Assembly (NCBI GenBank): GCA_000175855.1
Contig: ACYB01000005.1
Location: forward strand, 1 to 32,000
Direction: 5' to 3'
Length of the DNA: 32,000 nucleotides
Source of the DNA: Raphidiopsis brookii D9
Lineage (GTDB): Bacteria > Cyanobacteriota > Cyanobacteriia > Cyanobacteriales > Nostocaceae
The notes beneath the pieces are model-generated. The model did no database searches. It had not been told where the DNA came from and was given only the letters and a program-made list of their open reading frames with translations. Position 1 is the stretch's first letter. Every line of letters starts with the position of its first letter. Shown one piece after another: positions 22,139-29,286 of the stretch. Made by a program: the position numbers and the translations under genes.

Positions 22139-22813
22139 TCATTTTAATGTTACTACTGACCGGAGTAACATTACTTTTCTACCATCGGCTAAAATGGCAA
22201 ATAAACCATTTTCGTTCAGCTTTTGTAAGGTTCTGTAGGCTTCTGTTTGATTAGTAGTATATACCGCCAATAAATAGGGACGTTCTCCGTAGGAAACTAA
22301 TCCTACGTTACCCCCGACAATCTTTTGTATATTGCTGGCCAATTCCGGTCGTCGGAAATAATCTACCAAGACCGCAAATCCATCCCCTAATACGGTTGGA
22401 TTATAACTGTAATTATAATTGGGTTTTGGCGGTTCCGATCCTATTGGTTGGGCAATAATGGCCGGCAAACCTATAACGTTGCTGACATATTTTGCCCAGC
22501 GATTAGCATCTTCAACTTTCTTAAAACCACCTACTCTTGTTACTACTTGATCTAGGTATTTACAGGTTACAGATTTTAGTTCCGATGGCAAAACAGTGCG
22601 CAACTGTTCTTGGTTATTAGCTGTGGGGGTCAGAAATAATAACAAATACTCCTCCCCACTGGGCGGTTGGCAAGCAGGAAGGGTGACTTGAGACAGAACC
22701 GAACTGGGATAGCTAACCATCCCAACTAAAAATGCACCTAAAGAAGCAAGCGCACACGATAAATTATTTGGTAGGTTCAGTTTTAGCTTAGTTTTAGGTA
22801 AACGTATTTGCAT
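22139..22813 (-). CDS. Secreted hypothetical protein with two internally similar alpha/beta modules (SPOR-like pattern, tentative)
   Basis: Has a signal/anchor segment. Two ~65 aa segments share a beta-alpha-beta pattern (YLLLFLTP...VGGFKKVEDANRWAKYV..GLPAII and FAVLVDYF...LLAVYTTNQTEAYRTLQKLNENGLFAILA). Confidence 0.45.
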   Translation of the reverse strand: MQIRLPKTKLKLNLPNNLSCALASLGAFLVGMVSYPSSVLSQVTLPACQPPSGEEYLLLFLTPTANNQEQLRTVLPSELKSVTCKYLDQVVTRVGGFKKVEDANRWAKYVSNVIGLPAIIAQPIGSEPPKPNYNYSYNPTVLGDGFAVLVDYFRRPELASNIQKIVGGNVGLVSYGERPYLLAVYTTNQTEAYRTLQKLNENGLFAILADGRKVMLLRSVVTLK

Positions 22814-22866
22814 AGTTTAGTAAAATTGCACCAAAGTAATTATTCTTGGTTTATATGTTCACTTAT

Positions 22867-23193
22867 TTACACATTAGTTAAAGAAGCTAGGGGGTCATGA
22901 ATAGTTCCCAAGGGAGTGGTAAATTCCCCCTCTATAACATGTTCTAAACGTAATTTTAACCAGGTAATAAATTGAGAATCAGTAGAAATAATAGCTACTG
23001 GTAGTTGGGGACATTTTTTCTTAATATCTGACATTTCGGGCGCTTCCAAAAAGGCAGGATTTTTTACTAGCCAGAAGTCTATTTCTTTTTCTCGCTCGTG
23101 GTAATTACGGATGCGTTCCCTTAAAACTTCTTCTAGTGGTTCCTCCTCGAGGAGAAATTTTTGACTAGCTAACACGTAATGATACTTTCCCAT
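22867..23193 (-). CDS. ycf54: Ycf54-like protein (DUF2488; Mg-protoporphyrin IX monomethyl ester cyclase accessory factor)
   Basis: YHYVLASQKFLLEEEPLEEVLRER..NYHE.EKEIDFWLV.NPAFLEAPE....KKKCPQ..VAIISTD.QFITWLKLRLE matches the Ycf54 family as I recall it (Synechocystis Slr1780). Confidence 0.82.
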   Translation of the reverse strand: MGKYHYVLASQKFLLEEEPLEEVLRERIRNYHEREKEIDFWLVKNPAFLEAPEMSDIKKKCPQLPVAIISTDSQFITWLKLRLEHVIEGEFTTPLGTIHDPLASLTNV

Positions 23194-23316
23194 TTTTGTT
23201 TTGATCTGTTTATTTAAGTTTACTTAGGTTTTATATAGCCCTAGCCACTTGCATCAGGGGTTCTAACTTTTGCTCGTTGTCTCTCTACAGCGTTTAGGCT
23301 AAAGCTATATATGTAG

Positions 23317-23333
23317 ATTTCGCACTGCGAAAT
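23317..23333. promoter_or_regulatory. Perfect 17-nt palindrome ATTTCGCA-C-TGCGAAAT between pdxJ and ycf54
   Basis: 8-nt arms are exact reverse complements around one central base. No T-tract follows on either strand, so it is not a classical terminator. Confidence 0.5.
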
Positions 23334-23408
23334 TGCCATTAGGGACAATTATTTTCTGAACCTGTCTATTCTACCACCCGATGTGAGTTTTTGAAGGAAA
23401 TAATCTTT

Positions 23409-24158
23409 TTAAATGTCACCTTTGGTGGATCTGAGTACACGTGAATTCCCCATTGCCTGTTTCATTTCTCGTACTGCTCTTTCTATTCCCACTAACGCAG
23501 CTCGACTAATAATAGTATGACCAATATTTAACTCCTCCATCCCTGGAAGTGCTGCTACAGGAAACACATTCCAATATGTGAGTCCATGACCAGAATTAAC
23601 ACGTAAACCAGTAGCAATAGCCTGCTCGCATCCCTTGGCTAATAAAGCTAGTTCTTGGTGACGAGTAGTTTCATCTTTAGCCTCGGCATATTTTCCTGTG
23701 TGTAGTTCGATAAACTTCGCTTGCACCTTGACAGCGGCCGCAATTTGTGCAGGTTCAGCATCAATAAACAAACTCACCGGGATGTTAGCACTTTGCAATT
23801 TGTCCACTATCATTCCTATTCTAGCAATCTGTCCCAGAATATCCAAGCCACCTTCCGTGGTGATTTCCTCACGTTTTTCCGGAACTAGAGTCACATAATC
23901 CGGTTTGATGTCTAAAGCTATGGCTAACATTTCATCAGTGGCGGCCATTTCTAAATTTAAGTGGGTTCTGACCGTTTGTTTTAATAACCGCACATCTCTA
24001 TCCTGAATATGTCTTCTATCCTCCCTTAGGTGGGCCGTGATCCCATCTGCACCCCCTAACTCCGCTAGCATCGCCGCAACTATGGGATCCGGTTCAATAG
24101 TGCGTCTGGCTTGACGAATAGTAGCTATATGATCAATATTTACACCCAGTGTAGGCAC
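23409..24158 (-). CDS. pdxJ: Pyridoxine 5'-phosphate synthase
   Basis: [15 protein letters not shown]...HLREDRRHI...NLEMA...[18 protein letters not shown]...IELHTG.YA...NSGHGL are PdxJ family motifs. Confidence 0.93.
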   Translation of the reverse strand: MPTLGVNIDHIATIRQARRTIEPDPIVAAMLAELGGADGITAHLREDRRHIQDRDVRLLKQTVRTHLNLEMAATDEMLAIALDIKPDYVTLVPEKREEITTEGGLDILGQIARIGMIVDKLQSANIPVSLFIDAEPAQIAAAVKVQAKFIELHTGKYAEAKDETTRHQELALLAKGCEQAIATGLRVNSGHGLTYWNVFPVAALPGMEELNIGHTIISRAALVGIERAVREMKQAMGNSRVLRSTKGDI

Positions 24159-24175
24159 TTCTACTCTCCCTTATT

Positions 24176-24553
24176 TTAAATAGCTTCTAAATAACTTAAC
24201 AGATCTGCCATTTCCTGGAAACCAGGCTGAAACTTAGGCATGGGCGGCGTTTCCCCACTAATTACCTGATGAATCAAGCCATAAGTGGACTTGCGCTTGG
24301 AGACCTCTTTTAAGCTCGGACCCACCAGTCCATTTCCTTGCCAACCGTGACAACCAGCACAATTTGTTTGAAAAATGGCTTCTCCTCGTGCTGGATCTCC
24401 CACTAGAGATAGCACATTTTTTACAAAAGGATCCGATATATTTACTACTATATCAACCGTAAAAATAGTTATAGGAATAACAATTATTATCACTAAAGCC
24501 AATAAGGGTGTCCAGTGAACGGCAATCTCGGTTTTTGTTAGCTGCTTATCCAA
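24176..24553 (-). CDS. Membrane-anchored class I c-type cytochrome (CytM-like, tentative)
   Basis: One N-terminal TM helix, the heme motif CAGCH and a distal PPMP Met ligand region. The frame opens with TTG at 24553 and has no ATG before the TM helix, so the start is uncertain. Confidence 0.7.
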   Translation of the reverse strand: MDKQLTKTEIAVHWTPLLALVIIIVIPITIFTVDIVVNISDPFVKNVLSLVGDPARGEAIFQTNCAGCHGWQGNGLVGPSLKEVSKRKSTYGLIHQVISGETPPMPKFQPGFQEMADLLSYLEAI

Positions 24554-24960
24554 AAGTTTTTCAGGTCTAGGTTTACAAAAAACTGTGATCAGTGATCATT
24601 TATCGGCCGTTGGGCGTTTTATTTCACTCCCAATCCCTACCACCCAAATTATGACAAAAAACTTTCATTTTCTACACAAACCTTAAGATTTATTCATATC
24701 TGGGAATTAAAACCTATACATAACTCCTGGCACTAACAGCGTTGACTTCTCCCCGCGCTAAAGCGACGGAGATTCATTAGAATTTTGCTTAGACAGACAC
24801 TTCTTACTCGAAGCGTGCCACAAGCGTACTCTAATTGGCGCAGTCAAAGTAGAACTAGTCCAAATATTGTCGATACTTTTTTCTATCTCTGTCCAATCAA
24901 AATTTGTTGGCATCCAATCAAGAAAATCACCTCCTTGCATTTCATAGTATTTATGTTAAC

Positions 24961-25267
24961 ATCTTGGTTTATGACTGTCAATATATAAACCAAGATTATG
25001 AGAAAAGATTCTGTAGGATACAGACACAACAATCACTCAGTAGGTTTAGCTACAGTCTGGATACCTAAAAGACGCAAGCCAGTTTTGAAGGGCGTAGAAC
25101 TAGGCTATCACTAGATATTTGAATCAGTCGCGGTTGATAATGGTTGGATTATTAAAGCCAAAGAAATCGCATCCGACCACGTGCATTTATTGGTTGAATA
25201 TGATGAAAATACTGCTATTTGTGTTTTAACCAGGTTTTCGCTAGAATCAGAAAAGAAGCTAATTTGA
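24961..25267 (+). mobile_element. tnpA: Relic of an IS200/IS605-family element: 5' hairpin plus a truncated, stop-interrupted Y1 (HUH) transposase tnpA pseudogene
   Basis: The ATG at 24998 gives MRKDSVGYRHNNHSVGLATVWIPKRRKPVLKGVELGYH*IFESVAVDNGWIIKAKEIASDHVHLLVEYDENTAI... This matches the TnpA N-terminal half, including the HUH motif (HVH). There is an in-frame TAG at 25112-25114, the catalytic-Tyr C-terminal part is absent, and the frame ends at 25267. A perfect 10-bp inverted repeat (24961-24970 / 24987-24996) lies immediately before the ATG. Confidence 0.75.
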
Positions 25268-25291
25268 ATATTTCTAAAGAGGAGATTTATA

Positions 25292-25405
25292 GTGGTTGAG
25301 CCCCTACTTTCCGGAATTGTTCTAGGTTTGATTTTCGTCACCCTGAGTGGACTTTTTTATGCTGCTTATAGGCAGTACAAACGACCTAGTGGATTAGGTG
25401 GTTAA
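25292..25405 (+). CDS. petG: Cytochrome b6-f complex subunit 5 (PetG), 37 aa, GTG start; absent from the ORF track
   Basis: Translation (M)[36 protein letters not shown] is near-identical to the PetG consensus. SD GAGGAG at 25279-25284 lies 7 nt upstream. Stop TAA at 25403-25405. Confidence 0.92.
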   Translation: MVEPLLSGIVLGLIFVTLSGLFYAAYRQYKRPSGLGG

Positions 25406-25414
25406 TTCCTTACA

Positions 25415-26016
25415 TCAGTTGTGAGTTCCCAGTGATGGGGAAGTATCATAATACAATGCCCCATCACTTTCACACTCTTCTCTACAGCTATAAAAAGTTA
25501 ATGATGTGTTACCATATTTCCTTTGGCGAATAACCTGCCATACAGGTATTATTGGCACTTTAAAATCACTGCTATGTTCCACTGCTATTTCACCGTCTTT
25601 ATGTAAAAGTTTAAATCCCGCGATCGCATTTAAAACTTGGTCATACAAATCACTGGTGTAGGGCGGGTCAAAGTATATCCGATCAAATGTTTGACCCGAT
25701 AGTTTTTTTAACTGTTGAATAACATCTCCCCGCAGGATATGAAATACCTGCTGTTCAGTAATCAGATGTTGCCAGTTTTCTTGAATAATTGTACAGGCGT
25801 GACTAGACTTTTCAATACCCACAACTAACTTAGCGCCTCTACATAAAGCCTCAGCACCCATAGAACCACTACCAGCACATAGATCTAACCAGCGACACTG
25901 GTCAATCTTTCCCTGCCAAATATTAAAAACTGCTTCGCGCACTCTTCCACTAGTGGGTCTGGTGTTTTTCCTGGCAAAGTTTTCAACAGACGATTCCCGT
26001 AAATTCTCAAGCTCAT
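25415..26016 (-). pseudogene. rsmD: 16S rRNA (guanine966-N2)-methyltransferase RsmD, N-terminal 17 codons displaced by a 1-nt frameshift
   Basis: SAM motif LDLCAGSGSMGAEA and DPPY are present. The upstream ATG at 26016 encodes MSLRIYGNRLLKTLPGK in another frame. The frames join if the run 25965-25969 (T5 on +, A5 on the coding strand) is one base longer, giving ...LPGKNTRPTSGRVREAVFNIW. Length 602 nt = 201 codons - 1. Confidence 0.82.
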
Positions 26017-26092
26017 TGACAAGGCATTATTACTAATTTGGTCTTTGGTCCTGAATTAATTTCCTAGTTCTTGAGGTAATTGTTAATTTTTA

Positions 26093-26728
26093 TTAAGCAG
26101 GAATTTTTTCACGAACTTGAGCGACAAAATTTGACAGAACCTGGAGTCCAATATTAGAGGATTTTTCCGGGTGGAATTGAACCGCCAGAAGATTTTCTCG
26201 AGCGATCGCAGCGGTGACAGTTTGACTACCGTGGGTAACCGTTGCGGACTGAACTTCTGGTTCGAGGGGATCAACATAGTAGGAGTGAACAAAATAGACC
26301 CAGGGTTGAGAGGGCAAGTGTTCCCACAAAATGCTGTTGGGTTGAGTTAGTTGTAGTTGATTCCAGCCCATCTGAGGGATAGCAATACCAGCTTCTGGTC
26401 GGAATCGTCGTACCTTCCCCCGAATAATTCCCAGTCCTGGTTCGTTTCCCTCTGCACTGGACTCAAATAGAATTTGCAGTCCTAAACAAATGCCCAAGAA
26501 AGGTTTCCCAGAGGTGACGACATCTTTTATAGGTTGTTCTAAATTGCGGGAGCGCAAATTTTGCATAGCCGGATCAAAAGCTCCCACCCCTGGCAAAACT
26601 ATAGCATCTGCTCGAGCTAGTTCCTTTCCACAAGCAGTTACCCTGGCAATTGCCCCAGCTTTTTCCAAAGCTTTGCAGACCGAGTGTAAATTTCCCATAT
26701 CGTAATCTACGACTGCAATGACTGGCAT
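26093..26728 (-). CDS. hisH: Imidazole glycerol phosphate synthase, glutamine amidotransferase subunit
   Basis: IAVVDYDMGNLHS, LPGVGAF, GICLGLQ (catalytic Cys) and FHPEKS are present. 211 aa. Confidence 0.95.
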   Translation of the reverse strand: MPVIAVVDYDMGNLHSVCKALEKAGAIARVTACGKELARADAIVLPGVGAFDPAMQNLRSRNLEQPIKDVVTSGKPFLGICLGLQILFESSAEGNEPGLGIIRGKVRRFRPEAGIAIPQMGWNQLQLTQPNSILWEHLPSQPWVYFVHSYYVDPLEPEVQSATVTHGSQTVTAAIARENLLAVQFHPEKSSNIGLQVLSNFVAQVREKIPA

Positions 26729-27020
26729 TTAGTGACTCCTTGTAAATTTGTTCGGGAAAACATTTATATTCTAATTCTAGATAATATTTGTTATGTGGCA
26801 AAAAATATTATTAACTTCTTTTCACAGTTAGCTAGGAAAATACTCTCACCAGCGCCACCAGTTATTACTTTAACTAGCCAATATGGCTGGTTTTGCCTAT
26901 AATTTCACTTTTTGGCGGACATTACCTGTAGATATTGTTCTGTCTACTTCTGTGTATTCTATCCAAAATCAACCAACTCAAATCAAGGGATATTATTATT
27001 TAGGATTATTTAGACCAAGT

Positions 27021-27042
27021 TTGTACTATTTTTGTACTATTG
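27021..27042. repeat. 11-bp tandem repeat TTGTACTATT(T/G) x2 upstream of the DUF3370-like gene
   Basis: Units at 27021-27031 and 27032-27042 (10/11 identical). Further GTACT cores lie at 27083 and 27101. TATAAT at 27086-27091. Confidence 0.9.
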
Positions 27043-27127
27043 ATTTATCCAAATTGTTTGGGAGATAATTCTCTAGTTATAGTACTATAATCGTGGTATT
27101 GTACTGCTGCTGGTTTTCTAGTTTCTT

Positions 27128-28480
27128 ATGTTGTTAGTATTACCGGATCTGATCCTTACCCAAGCAAATCCCACCGCATCACCAGAGGTGATACAAAATC
27201 AACAAGTGCGGTCTTTACCAGGAAGTTTAGATAATGTTCCAGTTTTTAATAGCAATAGTCCAGAACTGGTGTTAAGAGAAGGAATTTTACTTTCTACCTT
27301 TCCCCCCCAAGACAAAAAAAATCCTGGAGCCCATTTAAATTTCCCATTTCGTGGGCGATTTGATGTTTTTTCCCACCACGTGGCTAAAGCGGATCCACCA
27401 GAAAACTTACGTTCCCTGTATCACGCCATCATTTTACATAACCCCAGTCAAAATACCGCTACTGTCAATATACTGCACGCTGCTAGTTATTTAAGTCAGC
27501 CCGATGCACCCTTTATTCCTTTAGAATCTTTACTTCCTAACTACTCTGGAATGGTTTTTGCAGGTCCTGGTAGTCGGGTAATGTCTGACATATTGAGAGG
27601 AAAACGACAAGAAAGATTCCCCCCTCAAATAATCATTCCCCCAGGGGAAAGTCGAATTTTATTAAATTTACCAATTCCGGTAGGCGAACTGACACCCCCT
27701 CTCAATGGACGTTCAACTTACATGCGATTATGGAGTAATGAAACTGTTTATGCTGCTAGTTTAGCCATGTTCGGTAAATTAAATGCTGATGGTAGTGAAC
27801 GGGCTCCAAACCAAGCGGAATGGGAAGATTTACTCAATAATGGCGATTTATCCACCCCTAGGGATAAAATTCCCACCCCCATTGAGGGCACTGCTAAACC
27901 AACTATTTATGGTAGGGTTGCAGGAGTTGCTCGTGGTTCCCAATGGCGAGGATTCCTAGCAGACACTCCCCAGAGCCCATATCTAACTATTCCCAAACCA
28001 GGTCGGGCTTTTTCTTATGTTTTAAGTACACTACATGGTGGCACATTAGGCACAGGGCAAATTCAAAGCGCACCTATGTTAGTTAGGTATCCTGACACTG
28101 CTTATTTTGCTCATGGTAACTATGGCATTCAATATAGTTTAAGATTACCTCTGTGGAATAACTCCAACACCCAACAGAATATCACTCTAGCTTTACAGAC
28201 ACCGATTAAAGAAAATCAGCTCACAAATCCTGGGTTACGCTTTTTTACCACTCCCCAACGGCAAGTTTTTTTTAGGGGGACTGTGCGCATACGCTATCAA
28301 AACGAAAAGGGTCAACCCGCAACCAAATTCGTCCATTTAGTTCAAACCAGAGGTCAAGTCGGCGTTCCTCTAATATCTGTAAATATTCAACCGGGAGCTT
28401 CTTCCTTGGTGGATTTTGATTTTCTTTATCCCCCGGATGCATCTCCCCCACAGGTATTAACCGTGTCAACACAAAACTAG
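27128..28480 (+). CDS. Conserved cyanobacterial protein of unknown function (DUF3370-like, recalled from memory)
   Basis: 450-aa ORF with coding-like composition and no internal stops. Its size and sequence style fit the cyanobacteria-restricted DUF3370 family as I remember it. No catalytic motif recognised. The N-terminus is only weakly signal-like. Confidence 0.6.
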   Translation: MLLVLPDLILTQANPTASPEVIQNQQVRSLPGSLDNVPVFNSNSPELVLREGILLSTFPPQDKKNPGAHLNFPFRGRFDVFSHHVAKADPPENLRSLYHAIILHNPSQNTATVNILHAASYLSQPDAPFIPLESLLPNYSGMVFAGPGSRVMSDILRGKRQERFPPQIIIPPGESRILLNLPIPVGELTPPLNGRSTYMRLWSNETVYAASLAMFGKLNADGSERAPNQAEWEDLLNNGDLSTPRDKIPTPIEGTAKPTIYGRVAGVARGSQWRGFLADTPQSPYLTIPKPGRAFSYVLSTLHGGTLGTGQIQSAPMLVRYPDTAYFAHGNYGIQYSLRLPLWNNSNTQQNITLALQTPIKENQLTNPGLRFFTTPQRQVFFRGTVRIRYQNEKGQPATKFVHLVQTRGQVGVPLISVNIQPGASSLVDFDFLYPPDASPPQVLTVSTQN

Positions 28481-28782
28481 TAGTATGATTTATTTTTAGT
28501 TGCTTTTATAATTGGCAATGATGAGCTGGAGGAAGTGGGTGGTAGGTAATATTGGAAGGTCCTTCCTTCCTCCCGAGGTGAACGCTGTTGCGCACGGGAT
28601 AATTTAGAAGCCAGTTTCAAACCTAAAGCTACTCCTGTTGTCCCTAATCCAAATGCAAATAATGACCAACTATCATCCAGTCCACCAATAAGTGCATCCA
28701 CAATACCCATGGTGATTAACACACTAATGATGGGATCCTTTCTATAGAATGATTTCAAAAATTGAGGTAATATAGCGTTCAT
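28477..28782 (-). CDS. Small hypothetical membrane protein
   Basis: 101 aa with two predicted hydrophobic helices (ISVLITMGIVDALIGG, LFAFGLGTTGVALGL) and a basic/Ser-rich tail. Its stop overlaps the convergent upstream gene by 4 nt. Confidence 0.45.
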   Translation of the reverse strand: MNAILPQFLKSFYRKDPIISVLITMGIVDALIGGLDDSWSLFAFGLGTTGVALGLKLASKLSRAQQRSPREEGRTFQYYLPPTSSSSSLPIIKATKNKSYY

Positions 28783-28910
28783 AACAGCTTACTTTCCCTA
28801 AATGGTGTTACTCTAAATTGGTAATGGTTAGTCCGCATACCATTGTACATCCTATTTCTTTCATTCCCAAAAAACTGTCCCTATTTCCCCAGCTAGACCA
28901 ATTATGCTAA

Positions 28911-29084
28911 CTATTTCAAGCCTAACCAAGCTAACACGCCTTGATTAGTCACATACTCAATCACTACCATTAAAATAAAACCAATCATTGCTGCTCTTCC
29001 ATTTAATCGTTCAGCATACTCATTGAAACCAAACTTGGGTTCTTCCAATTTAGGGGTAATGGTTGGTTGTGGTTCTGTCATCAT
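28911..29084 (-). CDS. hli: High-light-inducible protein (HLIP/Scp, CAB/ELIP/HLIP superfamily), 57 aa; absent from the ORF track
   Basis: Translation MMTEPQPTITPKLEEPKFGFNEYAERLNGRAAMIGFILMVVIEYVTNQGVLAWLGLK carries the chlorophyll-binding helix motif E..NGR.AM.GF. SD AAGGAG lies 6 nt upstream of the ATG. Confidence 0.9.
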   Translation of the reverse strand: MMTEPQPTITPKLEEPKFGFNEYAERLNGRAAMIGFILMVVIEYVTNQGVLAWLGLK

Positions 29085-29260
29085 CAAAAGCTCCTTGGTG
29101 TGAATGAAGTTGTTTTATGAAATAGGGATCTCATTTACTTAAATTATATTCCGATTAGGAATAGATCAACCAAAATAGATCCCTGATGCAATTTGGGAAT
29201 TTTGATTAATCCAATGGGAACTAATTGGCGGAATGCTGCAATCTATAAGTCAACCAACTA

Positions 29261-29280
29261 TAATTAGAGGTAATTAGAGG
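29261..29280 (+). repeat. Perfect 10-bp tandem duplication TAATTAGAGG x2 covering the ald ribosome-binding site
   Basis: Units at 29261-29270 and 29271-29280. The second GAGG sits 6 nt before the ald ATG (29287). Confidence 0.9.
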
Positions 29281-29286
29281 TTATAA

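Larger units (their letters stand above)
2485..26209. repeat. Dispersed HIP1 octamers (GCGATCGC), 12 copies
   Basis: Exact copies start at 2485, 4229, 9923, 10884, 11186, 11798, 12573, 13057, 15319, 16158, 25620 and 26202. There are none in the rRNA segment. Confidence 0.95.

Noticed and set aside
24758-24940. 60-aa minus-strand ORF (and the 67-aa plus-strand ORF 24785..24988) upstream of the tnpA relic. Considered as a possible tnpB remnant or real small gene.
   Set aside because: No resemblance to the TnpB N-terminus or any family I know, and no SD. The region is better explained as the non-coding left part of the IS relic.
25111-25341. 76-aa minus-strand ORF
   Set aside because: It is antisense to the tnpA relic and to the 5' part of petG, and the plus-strand features explain the region.
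26083-26801. ORFs 26083..26292, 26490..26705 and 26574..26801
   Set aside because: They are alternate-frame or antisense overlaps of hisH and its upstream region.
27021-27042. NtcA binding site (GTA-N8-TAC) in the tandem TTGTACTATT repeats
   Set aside because: The GTA and TAC triplets are spaced N9 rather than N8 (GTA-CTATTTTTG-TAC), and the position relative to the TATAAT box is wrong for an NtcA class II promoter.
26883-27068. 61-aa plus-strand ORF in the hisH/DUF3370 intergenic region
   Set aside because: AT-rich and repeat-containing (it includes the GTACT tandem), with Tyr/Phe-rich improbable composition and no SD. The region is more likely a promoter.
29134-29153. HLR1 (RpaB) element upstream of the HLIP gene
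   Set aside because: Only the first half (TTTACTTA) resembles the (G/T)TTACA(T/A)(T/A) repeat. The second half (TTATATTC) is a poor match.
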